From the human T2T-CHM13v2.0 reference genome, Homo sapiens: a stretch of 64,000 nucleotides of DNA. Position 1 is the stretch's first letter, and each line of letters begins with the position of its first letter. This document shows, in pieces, positions 26,233 to 42,180 of this stretch. The stretch lies in NCBI RefSeq assembly GCF_009914755.1, contig NC_060933.1; one strand, given 5' to 3'. The translations under genes and the position numbers were made by a program. The notes below the pieces were generated by a model, which saw only the letters and a list, made by a program, of their open reading frames with translations, searched no databases and was not told the origin of the DNA.

Positions 26233-26913
26233 AAGTATTGCTTTTATAATAGAAAATTGTATCTGTATTTTATTTTTAAAATTCATAATCAAATCTATAT
26301 TGCTATAGCTTTGTTAACTAAGATTTGGCAGAACAACTCCCTTACATTCAAGAGTTTTAATGAACATTTTAGTCTTCCCATTTCAGTTGGGCTAACAGTG
26401 ATATTAGGAATAAAATAAATTTTTAACATTCAAAATTTCAAACTCTTACATATGCCCATACAGCACAGCATGAACCTGGAAAACAGCCTGAACAGCAATT
26501 ACCAGTGTGGATGTAGTGTAATCCTCCCTTGGAGAACTAGCTGCATACCGCTGCATTAAACTTCGCTTTTTGACAAAAGAAAGGTTGTTTATTAGTACTC
26601 TATAAGCAGGATGGGGGCTTTTATCACACAGTGGCTTGGAAATGAAGATTATAGCATCTATAAATTTATTACAAGCCATGAAACAGGCTTCAATCCTGCA
26701 CCTTCAGGGTGGAAATGACTCAAGCACGCTCACTATACTCCACAATCTATTTTTATCCATGCATATTTATGAACAATTCCAGCAGAAAATTGCATTTTCT
26801 GGCCCACATATACCTTTGATATGTTCTAGAAGCAAGACTGCTACATGGAAAGACAGAATATTTCACAATCTGCTAGTCAGAGACAGGGAAAGACTGTCCG
26901 GAGTGGCTGTCTA

Positions 26914-27135
<222 letters not shown>

Positions 27136-27291
27136 TCAAAAACTGCCTCGGTAACTTTCCCATGAACAGCATAGAACACTGAAGTTCAAGCAAGTCAGGT
27201 GCTAACTGCTTTATTCATTTCCAGGAAAATTCTAGACAAATGGGTAGTAGTATTCCCATTCCCTCTCCCCTAGGTGGACAGGGAAGAGTAT

Positions 27292-27460
27292 CTGTAATAT
27301 GCTGGACTAGCCTACTGCAAGGGACAGAAATTTCACAATATATCCCATCCTCCAGATTATTACTAAAAATGGTCAATGGGTCTGGGATCAATTTGCGGAG
27401 GTATAGTGATTCAACAACTGCCTGCTCATTTTATCATTTGTACCCACCTTTAGTCCAGTT
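27292..27460 (+). repeat. Copy 1 of a ~170-bp direct duplication
   Basis: Aligns colinearly with 28570-28735. Confidence 0.92.
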
Positions 27461-27563
27461 TTAATTCACTAAAATTTAAAGTTCTTAAAACAGACCAGTG
27501 GTGCATACAGCACAGTACTGTTCACAATAATAGGCTGTCTTCTGTGGGGCCAATCCCCTAGAG

Positions 27564-27861
27564 CAGTGGTCCCCAACCTTTTTGGTACCAGGGACTGGTT
27601 TTGTGGAAGACAATTTTTCCATGGACCATGGTGGGGGATGCATTAGATTCTCATAAAAACTGCACAATCTAGATTCCTTGCATGTGCAGTTCAAAATAGG
27701 GTTTGTGCCCTGATGAGAATCTAATGCTGCAGCTAATCGGACAGGAGGTGGAGCTTGGGCAATAATGCTGGCTCACCTGCTGCTCACCTCTGGCTGTGTG
27801 CACTGGTTCCTAACAGGCCACGGACTGGTATGGGTCCATGGCCAGGGGTTGGGAACACCTG
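27564..27861. mobile_element. MER1B hAT-Charlie element
   Basis: Termini cagtggtccccaacctttttgg ... ggggttgggaacacctg; 8-bp TSD-like ccctagag / ctctagaa. Confidence 0.8.
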
Positions 27862-28569
27862 CTCTAGAATAGGGATTTAGGCCCAATCATTCTAAGCTTA
27901 AAGATTCCAAATTCATGGAACATTTTTGTTTTCTAGCCTCTCACATCTGTGTGGGTGGTAGTGCTACATTTCTAAAAAAAAATTCACCCTTATCAGTAAG
28001 TATGCTCTTTTGATATATGCTGTATGATTGTCCATAAATTCCCAGAAATTTGAATGTGTGAACAAGCCCTCATTATCCTTTGTCTGTTGTCTTCTCATCC
28101 ACAGGTCTTTTTAACCTTGATTTTCAAAAGGTCTTAAGTCCCTATAATTAACTTTGCCTGCCACTGTATGTACTTTCAAAAAGTTTCATGTCTTTGAGAT
28201 ACGGTATACCAAATCCCACAAGGACGAAAGACAAAATAGGTCTGCATGTATTTGTTTATAATCATCATTCCTCATGTAAACTCTGTGAGGGAAGAAACCA
28301 CATCATTCTTGGTCATCACTGTATCCTCAATGCCTAGTGAGTGCCTGACACGTGATAGATGCTAACACATTTGGTGAGTAAAGCCCATCCAATAATACCC
28401 CATTGATCATGCAGATCCACAACGGCTTACTGAACCAGAGCATTTAAGGGTCAGTTCAAGTCATCCAGATCTCCTGCCCCAATTGTAATTGATGACTCTC
28501 TGCCTATAACCTATCTTTGCCAACATTTAGTCTCATGAGCTATTCCTGATCGCATTCCCTTTGGTTTAG

Positions 28570-28735
28570 CTGTAATATTCTGGACTAGCCTACTTCAAGG
28601 GACAGAAATTTCACAATATACGCCATCCTCAGATTATTACTAAAAATGGTCAATGTGTCTGGGATTGATTTGCTGAGGTAAAGTGATAACTACTGCCTGC
28701 TCATTTTATTATTGGTACCCACCTTTAATCCAGTT
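28570..28735 (+). repeat. Copy 2 of a ~170-bp direct duplication
   Basis: Aligns colinearly with 27292-27460. Confidence 0.92.
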
Positions 28736-30269
28736 AACAACAAACTTTCCCAATTTACACTAATACTTAAATAACTTTTAGTATGAAGCACCAAACATTT
28801 TCCCCATAATTTGAATTGTGCCCACAGCTCTCTGTTGCCACTTTTTCTTGGCTTTCCAGAAAAAAATATAAGCCACATTTTATACTACTTTATAAAGACC
28901 TCGTTATCTTTCACACCCCTGCCCCAATGGTGTTAACATTTAATACTCTTCTTTATTCAAACCGTTTGCTCATTAACAAGTGAAAATATACCTGTTGTTC
29001 CAAAGGCTATGTTTGGAAGTTATATTAGCACTGTCCTGTTCTACAGAAGAAACAAGGAATTTGGAATAGTGGTGGAGAAAACATACATAACTATTCATAC
29101 GCTATTTGTTTTCTCTATGCCTAAATACTTAAGAACAATGAAGACTGGGGAACTTAAATGTAAGTGAAGAACAAGTGGCCAATTTCAAGTGATTAATGTA
29201 ACTTAGATGGAATCAAATCTTGGGATTGCTATAAACTGATGAAACAAGGCCAATGAATTATATATGCATTCAGTAATATGAATCAATGAAAACTTAATTT
29301 CTTTTCTCGTGTAAGATTCTCAATTATCCAGAAAAGGTGAAACCTCACCAGCTGGGACGTGCATCCCTATCTAGGATTCTATGGCTTTTTTTTCCACAGG
29401 AGGGAGCACCCAACAAGTCAGCTGTTACTCTGTTCCAGATCATGTGACTGAAGTACTCCCATTATGAACAGCCATGTCCCATGGGCTCCAGGGCAGGCAT
29501 CTACACATTCTCCAAGGAGGCTAACTTCCAATGACTGATCAAGCAACCAGCAGCAGGTGACAGGCTCTGCATGAGATCAAGTGTCACAGGAGGCAGTGGA
29601 AATGTGGTTAAAGGTAACAGCTAATCGGTGTGCCTGGGCTCAAAACTAGGTTTAATTCATAACCAGTTCTGTGAACTTAGAACTAAGTTCTTCAAGCCTA
29701 TTACCACAATTCTACCTTCTTTATATGGCTATTAGGAATAATTAAATAATTTCTAATCCACATGAAAAGCTTCAGAGCCTAATCTATGTGACATTATAAA
29801 TATTATTTACCTCTACATGCATCTGAAAATTTAGGTAAATGCCCAGCCCCTTAAAGTAGAGAGAAACCTGGGTCCATTACAGTGTTCTAGAACAATTTAC
29901 TCATGCAGTGACATTCACTGCTTTGTGCAATTCAGATGAGTGTAGGTGGTGTGTCTTAAAAGTCATCCTAAAATATATTTAGGAAAATGGGTTTATATTT
30001 AATGCTTATATAAAGGCTTTGAAAACATACCTAGGTCAGTTATGTGATTTTTTTTTTCCCCAATGTCCACTCTTCAGTTTATATTGTATCTTTAGTTCCC
30101 AGCCACATTAAAAAGGCTCCAAGACAAACCTTCTCAAAAACAGTATCTTTCAGTGACATTGTCAAAGAACCATTTTCCACTACCACAGGCAGGACAGGAG
30201 TGATTAGATTATATATAAACTTACGTCGGTAACAATGTTTAATGTTAAACTTACATTTAGGGCATTATG

Positions 30270-30460
30270 AGACTTCACCATTTACAAGGCATTTTCACAA
30301 ACTACAATATTTTGTCTGTGCCTCACAACCACCCCATGAGGTAGGCAGCATACATATTAGTATTTTATAGCTGGGGAAACAGGCACAGACAAGGTAAATA
30401 ACATGCCTAAGGTTATACACAACTAGTGTTGAATTCTGGGTTCAAACTCTGATCTTTCTC
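30270..30460 (-). mobile_element. MIR SINE
   Basis: cctcacaaccaccccatgaggtagg...attttatagctggggaaacaggcacagac.aggtaaataacatgcctaaggt. Confidence 0.6.
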
Positions 30461-30625
30461 TTTCTGTGTCCTGGTCTCCTCATCCAGTTTTCCTTCAATA
30501 ATACTATGGTAAGTGAGTGTTTCAGTTCACTTGTTCTGAGTTGGGAAAAATTAAATGAATCCTGGCTGTTTCTTAAAGGCATACACAGAGAAACTGGCCA
30601 CAGACAGAAAACAGGATGTTGCTAG

Positions 30626-30942
<317 letters not shown>

Positions 30943-31339
30943 TAATATTTTTAAGAGTAATTTTTTCTAAGAAAAGAGAAGTGGCCACTAATTACAATTA
31001 ACCAAAGAAACTACACATCATCATTAGAATTTTTAAATTAATTTTTGTTACTTTCTAATTCTCAGGAGTAAGCAATGCCATTTTCGTTCACTTTCAGGAA
31101 ATAAAGGTGTAAGAAAGGGTAATTGCCTTCTCCTTCCTCCCAGACCAAGGCTCAAGGTCCTACCCCTATCCCTTTATTTACTGTTCTTGGAATTAAAACA
31201 GCTTCCTTTCCCTTCCACTATCAAGGATATCGCTGTCATCAAAATCCTCCCTTCCTGGAAAACATTTCTTCTTTCATCTAAAAAGATTATAAATAAAAAA
31301 TGTATTTAGACCTAAGTGGGAAGAAGGCTGATAGTGGGA

Positions 31340-31404
31340 TAAGGACTCACACTCTGGAGATCAGTTACCTAAGGACTCACACTCTGGAGATCAAATCAGT
31401 TACC
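31340..31404 (+). repeat. Tandem duplication of a ~30-bp unit (taaggactcacactctggagatcagttacc)
   Basis: Two adjacent copies; the second has a 4-nt insertion. Confidence 0.9.
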
Positions 31405-34400
31405 AAACTAAATTTTGTATCTGACCATTACCAGCAACCTTCTCCATTCCGATTTTTTTTTTTTCCTGTGGATTTAGATCTTACAGGTGCCTTCATATGC
31501 ACCTACAGAATCATACAGGGGCTATTTTCAGAAAGTGTTAAGTATCTTTTTGGTTCTACAAGACTAAACTCCCTTGAAGGCCCAAAAGAGTTCGCTTTAA
31601 ATGACAAATTCTATTTAGAAATGCTTCAAAACAATGGACTTCCAGCATATGTCCTACTGAGGTCAAAATAGCCTCTTTCTCCACTGCAATCTGTTCTCCA
31701 TTTTCCATTTGCTGGATTAATATATGAGTTTGGATTTTAAATTTTCACTGCCACTTAAACAGGTGAATATTTAATGCATGAGAAGCAAGGTTATGAAATG
31801 TCAAAACTACTAAGTGAAGGATCTAATTTAAGAGGCAGCCAGAGAGTCTGCAATTTAAATATTTAAAGATGATACAGGGAGTACAACACTGAACACCAAT
31901 CTACTCCAAAGATAGCAATTTAAAACTCAGGTTTATTCTGGAATTTCTCACAAAAGCTACGAGTGATATAATAAACAAAGACAAGCAATACTGAGATTAT
32001 ATGAGGGAAGGGGAGGGACGGGGAGGCAGTAAGTACTTGCTACTACAGGTAAGTAAATGGCCCATGGCTTCTCAAACTGTTCTTCACAAACAAGACTAGA
32101 CTAGACAAAATAAAGATAGAATATATTTATTGAATTATGTCTTGAAAATGGAACCGTTTGAAATATAGTGTATTACTTGTAATTAAAAGCTCATTTCTTC
32201 ATCAGCAGCTAAAACTAATGATACATTAAACATACAAAGATGAGTAACACATACACTAAGAGTGGGCTATCAAACACAAGTTGATCAAAATTATACAAAG
32301 AAACAAAACCATCTTATGAATTAGTACTTTATTAAATGTACATAGCAATGTTTAAAATCCCAGTGCATCACTATCAGAAGTCCCTCTAAATGCTTTCGTC
32401 CAAACACACAACTGCTCTCGTTTCTCTGATTCATCAATGGAAAGATCAGTGACAGTGGACATTAATACCAATAGATTAAAGTGATAAGGTCTATAAATGA
32501 ACAAAGAAGTTCCCTCTTTTTTAAACTAAAAACATTTGAGAAGTCACCCACTGCTAAGATCACCACTGAACAACTTTTATCACTTGTCAATTACTGACCC
32601 AGGACTACAAACATTAAACCTGAAAATTAGACACTTGCCACTTTAGACTTTTTTCAAAAAGCTCCATTCAATCTCTCCAGCTGAAAGGTCACAGTTATGC
32701 CTATTTAAACGGACAGTTAATTGCTGTTCATATTTTTTAAAGATGGAGTCTTCGTGGGACTATCTGAAAAATGACACTATAACTCAATAAAAGTTAGCTC
32801 TAGGCTCTAAGTAAGCAGTAGCAAAGGTCTTGTGACAGCATCATGGATATTTGGACAGGTGGCTACATCGGACCTTCCAAAATGAGCTCAGAAGTATAGT
32901 ACACAGAAGAAGGGGGATCTCTAACCACAACTCAGGCCAGAGACCTCAAAATTCACCCAAAAGGAAGATGTGTACTTTGATCTGCTTCTAAATTCAAACT
33001 CCTACCAGGAACAAGTCTCAAACACACATCAAGGCATACATGTATCACAGTCCAATATTAAGTTTTCAATAAGGAAGGGCATATTTCACAATGGGTTGAA
33101 AATGAATAAGCCTAAGATAACAATAAGAAATTAAGTATTAGCTCCAGCAAAGTTAGAGCTAAAAGAAATAATCACATCCAAACAGGAAATTTTATAAAAG
33201 GTATTAAAGGTTAGGGCAGTTATCTTTAACGGATATTCCAAAATATAGGATTTAGAAAACTATCAGTGGAAAATACACACAGAACCTTAAATTTTATCGT
33301 GACTGGATTTGTTGAATGTTTTAAGACTAAACAATTGCTTTAATTCAAGTGAGAAGTTCAGAGATACCACGGAATATATTTGATAATGTCATCCTCAACT
33401 TAAATTACCTAAAGGGCTCCCTAAGACTTTCAGATAAATTTTAGAATTCTTATTCCTTTATGGTCAGAGCACTGGCTACCTCTTCCATACAAGTATACAA
33501 AACCTTCGGTAGTATTCCAAGCTTCCTGCTCTCACTTCTCTGTGTTAAAAATAAGCTGCCCTCCTTCCAATCAGCTAAATTTCAGTCATTTCAGACACCT
33601 CATGGGTATCACCTAGTCCCTAAAGTCAACACTAATCAGTCCTCTCCACTACAGTCTGAGTTGGGTGCCTCTTACCTGCACCCACACTGCATTATATGCC
33701 TTGTTTTCTTAAATACTGACTTAACCAAAATGTACTTATCTCTTAACCCTTTCTTGTGACTGACTTAACCCCTTGAAATAAGAAACCTTGTCATCATCCT
33801 ACTTTGTACATCCTGGTAACTACCACACACTCACTGTAATGAAGATGATTTATAATCACATATTAAATTGAGAGTTTATTTCTGAAATACTGTTTAAAAG
33901 CTAACAGAAGCCACAATCTTTGTCATATACCCAACATTATACGCATTGGTACTTTGTGTACAGACTACAATGAAAATTCTATTAATCATTTCAAAAATGA
34001 AATTTCATTTCTCAAATTGGGGATTCAAGTCCCCAGAGGCGACACAATCTTCAACAAAGTAATATGGTGCTGATAGGAGGCTGTGGGGCGGGGGGAGTCT
34101 TAATTTTGGAGCAAAAAGAAAATACAGTGATCATTTAGTCCAATTTCTTTGTATCTGGGAAATAGGAAGACTGAGGCACAGAAAGGTGAAGCAACTTTTC
34201 CAAAGACACAAAGAAAAAGAGTTGGGTGTAGGACTCGCGGTCTTAGCTCTTCATCACGGGATTTTCCATTACATCATTAGCTGCAACACAGTCTTCAAAA
34301 TCATAAAATCTTCCTGTGAAATGACAGTGACTGGGACAATAATCAGACATTTCCAAGGAGACATCAGAAGAGCTATTCCTAGAAAATAAGAACCTTAGCT

Positions 34401-35849
34401 TTGCTACATAGAATATTTTCTTGTATACACATAAGGAAATAATAAAACACATCAAAAAAACTGTCTTAGGACAGTTATTATAATTCTTCTACTAGTAATG
34501 CCTGAGAATTATTTAGGAGATGTTGGAGAAAAAAATCTAATTATTTGGGAGTTGAAGAGAAAAATCAAACTAAGAATCCTGAGACTAGTACTTTCCACCA
34601 ATTAAAACGTACCAACCTACAATAGCTAGAATCTTTTTGATAGTGTCTCTCCCTTTTATAAGATTACAAACCAATTAACAGGAAAACAGAATGGCAACTG
34701 GCTGTTTACACTAGGGGAGATTCTCATTTTCATAGAATTTTCAAGTTTTAGTGCAACATCATTAAATATTAGTCAAGGCAGTTGATCTTAGCTTCAACTT
34801 AAAGGCGACCTAGGAATAAATAAGTAATGTCATAAAAATAAGTGATCCTATGACATTGTTAAAGACAATAATAAATCTACTGAATAGCCACAGAAAAATA
34901 AAAAGTGTTTTGGCTGTAAGAACTGTATATCAAGCAACTGATCATCAACTACAGACTTCACAAATTAGACCACCTTTTTCACACATCTTAAACAGCCTCT
35001 GACAAACTACACTGCACTGAGTGTGGTTTATTAAATGCTACCCAAACAGTTGCATCCATGTGTATCAAAGAGGGTCTAAATAGGCTGCCCTGACAGGCAT
35101 CTCGTTTTTAGTAAAGTACAACTGGTAGATAACTTCTGCCCTTTTATTGTTGTTTCTCCTTGGTTCTAGTATGAAGTTGGTTCAACAAGGACATCTCATA
35201 CTGGTAAAGGCAAATGGGATACATGGTAAAGATATTCTTGAAATGCAACTTAGGCCATAAATACCTTACCATTTCTTAAATTTTTTGCCTGCAGAGATAC
35301 TTAACAGAAAATAAAACAATTGAGCAATGGTAGTGGATATGGCATCTGAGGTGGAGGCAGTGAAATCAAATTCACTATGGTAGTGGCAGTAGGCTAGCCA
35401 TTCCAAGTCTAAGCAGGAACTTGTCAATCAAAATGTTCCATGTTCCATTTCCAATCCTGTATATTTCACTTAGCCTTTTCAGACTTTAGAAGGTGATTAC
35501 ACTAAAGTAGTATAAAAAATAGATGGGAGTTTTAGCGTAACCACCAAAGAGTCTATTCCTACCGGTAGCTCTCTGCATTAGAAAATTGTCAGTAGTGGTT
35601 AAGAATGCTAACTCCCTTACTTTTAACTTCAGAAATGAGCCTGCATTTATTTAGCCACATAATATTTATAAATACTAAGTAATGTGAATAGGCTGCAACT
35701 GAGGCAAGCACGTGTTAGCTTAGCACCAGGTTCAAAAATATATTATACAAAGCAGAAGAGAATACACTGTAACTGGTAAAGTTCTGGCCACTACACAGCA
35801 TACTATGAAACTAGAGGTTAGGATGGAATGTTTGGACCAGAACCCTCCC

Positions 35850-36240
35850 ATGTTAAGGAGTAAAAACATATGGTATGGAGTCACACAGAGCTAGGTCCAG
35901 GTCTTGGCTCTGTTACTTACCAGTTAATCATTTCCTTAGGTCTTCTATCTCTTTATTTGTAATTTGATGTTAATCACAGTACTTACCTCATGGAAACCTT
36001 ACAAGTATTAAATGCAACAATAAAACTATTAGCAAAGAGCAGAGGAACCATAAATGTTTTAATCATAACATCATTTTATATACATACATAGGAAACAATT
36101 CAGATAATGATAGCTCCTAACACTTATTGTTTACCATGTGCCAGACACTGTTCTGGATATGTAACATATGTTAATTCAATTGCTCCTCCCAATAAGTTTA
36201 TGCAGCATCATCATCCCCAATTTATGGAACAAAAACTCAA
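35850..36240. mobile_element. Two tail-to-tail MIR fragments
   Basis: ggctctgttacttaccag...acttacctcatgg (+) and cacttattg...atgtgccagacactgttct...ccccaatttatgga (-). Confidence 0.5.
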
Positions 36241-36951
36241 GGAATACTATTATCTTTGAGGTCAGGAAAGATGACACAGAGGAGGAGACGTGGCACAAGA
36301 ACAATGTATGCACTCTAACACAGAAACAGTTCAAAAATCACATATATAAATGAGGCTTCTTCCAAATCCATGGTGATAATTATTAAAGTTAATTCCTGAA
36401 TATTCCAAATATTTTGTAAGATGACAGCAGATGAGTGTGCTGGGAAGCCTGCAGCCTGGATGGAGGGAACATAAGGAAGGAGCTGTCTTACTGACATACA
36501 GAGAGCAAACATTCAACATCTATAAATGGGCCAACAGTTAAGGCCCCAAAATTTTATTTCTCCCATCAAGCTGTTACATATTAAACCTCTCACTACCTCA
36601 ATTCTCTTTTGTAGAGACCTGTTGAACCTAAGCCAGTAAAACGTAAAATGAGCGATTCTTTTGGATAGACAGTAGTAGAAATATAAATGAACTTCATGGA
36701 ATAACTTCTATCTTGAGATGAAGGTTATGGGTATGTTTCTGCATGTGAAATGTGTTACAAGCTACCATGCAATCGGCCACCTGATGATTCAATATGATTT
36801 CCCAGTTAAAAAAAAAATACTGAAGAGGCTACACTCTCAAGTACCACTATAAAACTTTCACTTTAGACATTTTCATTAAATATACTATGAATACATTCGA
36901 GAGACTAAAAGAAAAATCTCAGTACTCACTAGTCAGTACTCAGTATTTTGA

Positions 36952-37448
<497 letters not shown>

Positions 37449-38078
37449 AGGAGGTTGTTCTGAAGTACCTCTCAAGCAAGATGATTAGAAGTTGTGGCAT
37501 TTGCCCAAATAACTTGGCTTTTGCTGCTTCACTGAAAACAACGCAGGCTAAATTGGCTTGCAGAAAATCAGATATATTCATTCAATTGTTAGAAGCCCAT
37601 TCTCCAGCAATGGCTTCAGTATTCTTTCAAGATTCTGAAACTTGACCCAATGACATCTCCAACAGATGCCAATACTATCAAGATAACCATGGCAACTTTA
37701 TCTCCAAAAATGTACTTAAGATATAATTTGTGTAGTATCTGAATGTCTAGTATGCCTAAGACACTGTCAACAGATTAAAATGCTGAGTTAGAATGTTAAA
37801 CTAAAGAAGGACTACACACTGGCTGGCATAAATAAACTGCAGGTGTCTTAGAATAAAAAACAACCAGTACCGGTTGGTAATGTGAAAAAAGAAAAAAGGT
37901 TCTCATCAAGCCAATTTTGGTGAATTAAACATCCTAGGACTTTCATACACTTCTTCATCCATGATCTGACAGAGAGAAGTACACGAAAAGGAGAAGTGGA
38001 TAAGACAAGAGACGGGTAGGTGGACATTATGTAGAAAATCTCACATAACGGGATACCTTTACTTAAAACTTTGTTTTT

Positions 38079-38337
38079 CACCACATGTTCTCACTCATAG
38101 GTGGGAAGTGAACAATGAGAACACTTGGACACAGGGTGGGGAACATCACACACCGGGGCCTGTTGTGGGGTTGGGGGAGGGGGGAGGGATAGCATTAGGA
38201 GATATACCTAATGTAAATGATGAGTTAATGGGTGCAGCACACCAACATGGCACATGTATACATATATAACAAACCTGCACGTTGTGCACATGTACCCTAG
38301 AACTTAAAGTATAATTTTAAAAATATGTATATATAAA
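38079..38337 (+). mobile_element. L1PA 3' end fragment, heavily 5'-truncated
   Basis: End of ORF2 and L1 3'UTR with G-rich tract; 14-bp TSD aaaactttgttttt (38065-38078 / 38338-38351). Confidence 0.93.
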
Positions 38338-41300
38338 AAAACTTTGTTTTTGTATGAAACAAAAAAGCTGTTAAGTCCTTTACATATCCTTCATCCGACC
38401 ACATCTTCAATGTATAGTGACACCTACCAACAAGTTTTGAAAAACACACCCAAAGTTAAAAATGGCATTAAAACAAAAACAAAACAAAACGAAAAACCTC
38501 CAAGAATCTCAACTTTTAATTTCACTTAAACTGTGACTTTTTTCGTCTTTGAGCACACAGAGCAGGTCTTCACTGTCTCTTATAAGCAATAGACAGAAGC
38601 TTCCTCATGCAGAGGTTATAAATAAAAACATTCTGCAAGCTGCTCTCCAAAGACAAAAATCCCGTTGCCCTCAGAGAGCAGACCACCAAATAGATGAGAA
38701 AGGAAATGTATAGTGAAGAAATTTTTATCCACTTTATTAATTTATTTTATGGCCAAATAAAACTTTATCAATGACAGGGTTAGAGGGCCATGTAGGCAGA
38801 GAATAATCCAAGGCAATGGAGAATTAGGCTTCCATACTGAATGATGAAGAGCCCAGCTGAGCCAGAATAAAGATTTCTGTAGGACACTGACAACACTAGA
38901 ACAGTGAGTTGAGGGCAGAGTCTAGAGACCTTGAATGTCAGGGCAAAACTTTTATGAGCAGAGGAATGACAATCTAAATGTTGGTAAGTATTATCAGACA
39001 GAAATGTATGGAAGGAGAATACAGAGACAGTTTCCCATCATAACGCAGGTGAGGAGAACAGTCAAAATCAGTGTGGTAGTAAAGTTAAATGTAAATGCCA
39101 TCTACAGTTAAGTTTCCCTTTGTACTATAACTAGAAGAAAAACTGCTTTGCAACAATGTTCAGAAACCCAAGTCTTCTTTGACCTACTTCATATAGTAAT
39201 GAAAATATAATGATCCTTTCCTCTGTGTGTACACTAAATACTGCTTAGAGAAACTTCATCTTGATACCATTTGTAAATACTTAAATGAGTCCCATGGGTC
39301 TCCACGGATCTTTGCAGAGCAAGGCAAATATGTTTCTACGAGCAAATTACTTGATCCACCCAAAATTCATTCCTATTGTTTCTCTTATAAATTAGGTCCT
39401 CACTAAAGGGGGATAAATGTAAAGTACAGGGCTAGGTTTAATCAAATTTTCCTGCCAATCATTTTTGTAGAAGGTTATTACTTGATAGAATAAGTATACT
39501 TTATGGTGTTCAGATGTAAGCTTCTCCTAAAAGGTACACATCACGTGAAGGCCTCTGTGCTTTTGAATGAGACATTCCCTTATGTGTAATACATTTCTTC
39601 TTTTTCCGCCCAATAAAACCTAGCTTGTAAAACACCATCAACTCTGAAATCAACACAGAGGCCTCTAGACAGCAAGTGGCATATCCATTTTCATTGTATT
39701 CTGCACTTACTCATCATATATCCAAATAATGGTCATATAAACTAAGTGCTGTCTCCCTTACTACACAATGACATCAAGGACAAGGCTACCTCTTGTCTTA
39801 TTTTAATGCTGTTCAAACATTTAGCAAAGCTAACTAGCCCACATTAAGCACTCAAAATGTTTATAAAATATTTAATTACAGATACTCCCTGTCCAACACT
39901 GTATAGCCAAGATTACATGGTCTCAGTAAAACAAAAAAACAACTTGCAATTAAATACTTCTCAAAAACTTTTACATTTGCTTATCCTGGCCCTTTGTTTT
40001 GTGGGCAAGGTGAGCACCATGCACATCTTTTAAAGCTACTGACCTTTCCTACAAACTTGGAGACAGGCCTATTAGTCTTGTTATGGTTCCATATAATATA
40101 ATAAAGCCCTAAGGGGTGGGAAGTCTTGAACATAAAGTAACTACTTCTACTAAATCTTTAACGTATTTTAAAAATAGGATTCCTCAAACACCCAGAGAAA
40201 AATTCCTAACAAATAATCTTCCTCTTAAAGGATGTTTTATGTCAACAATCCCCATTTAAACACCTGTTTTAAATTTAAAACACAATCTGCAAGCCCTATC
40301 TACATTACAAGTAAACCATACGCTATCCAAGATTTAGTGTTTTGGGCCCTGATTTGACACAATTATCAGGGATCTAATGTATGTATACAGGTATACATAC
40401 ACAAAGAAGTTAGGAAGCCAGCTCACTTTCTTTCAAGGGCAGCCTGTCTTTGGTAATCCTCAATCAGTAGAAACTGTACCAGTTTTTTAAAAATTTAAAA
40501 AGCAGTAACAGCAAACACTGCATATTGCTTATGGCATTTAACAGGCAGAGATGGAAATTTGTGTAAGGCACGTATGATAAAGGAGAAAGCAAGGAAAAAG
40601 AATAACAGAAATGTTATTAAAAGCCCTCCCCACAGAGCCAAAGGAAGTTTTACCTACACATATTTTGTGGGGCTGACATAAGTTATGCAACTATGAAAAA
40701 TTTATTCAATACATAAGGGGATAACCCCTGAAACATTAGTGAGTGTTGTTTTATGACTTTAAGTCTACCAAGATATTTCTCTCACAACATGATTAGACAT
40801 TAGAGAATAACCATAGGGAAAGCTTTTTTTAAATGAACTGATTTGCAAGACTAATAGTCTCATTCAAAGACAATCCTTCATTCTCCAAGTATCTATTAGA
40901 CACCTGAGCTGTATATTCCCCCTAACAGCTTTAACAAAAAATAATTACTGTATTCCCAAAACCCTTTGTGTGACAGTTGTGAAGATTTTAAAAGAAAGAG
41001 TTTTTAAGGAAAACATGGACAACCTTCACTGTACGCAATAAAGAGACCATATCATTGCCATCTATGCAACACCTGCAGAAATTTAAAGAGGGGCAGCGAG
41101 GAGGGGAACTACCACCTTTATCTTTGTTCTAAGACAAAGTGTTCTCCTGCTTCAGATCTCCAGAAGCACCTTGAGAATCCCGTCCTGAGATATTTAATTA
41201 CACTGAATGATTTGGTACCAGGCCCTTTCCCTGGGTCTTGCTGACTGATAGCATCAATAACACTCACTGGCTGTAATTAAACCGCCAAATAGTATCCCCT

Positions 41301-41794
41301 TTGCCACTTGGCAGATAAATGTTCTTTAATACTCCAAAGAACAAAGTACAAAGGTGAGAGGGGTGTTTTTACCCCTCACCTTCACAGTTCATCTGACTTT
41401 GTGCACCAGGATATACATATACTGTAGACAATGCATATTTTACAATTCCCCTCAGACATTGCTTAATGAAGAACATGAAGAAAAATCCTTGGTTTCTTAT
41501 TAATTCATTTTTGCAACTCTGAGCAGGGGGAAAACACTGTAAGCCTTTTGGCAAGAGTATGCACTGCTTTCACATAGCTTTGGGGCAACATTTGGTTTAC
41601 AGGTCAAAAGGGTTTCTAAATTAAGTTTGCATATAGCAAAAAATTTTTTCCTTTAAAAAATTATAGCATAAAATGTGTGGAAGCTCTTATAATAGAGCAA
41701 ATTCCCATTTATTGAGGCCCTGGCTAGAAAGCTCAAATATCAAGACACTGGGTAGGGAAGGAAGAGGGGTTTGGTTGGCAGGCTATAAAAATAA

Positions 41795-42127
<333 letters not shown>

Positions 42128-42180
42128 CAAAAGCCACTTTCAAAACTTAACTCCCAATCTCTATAAGACACCCTTTCACC

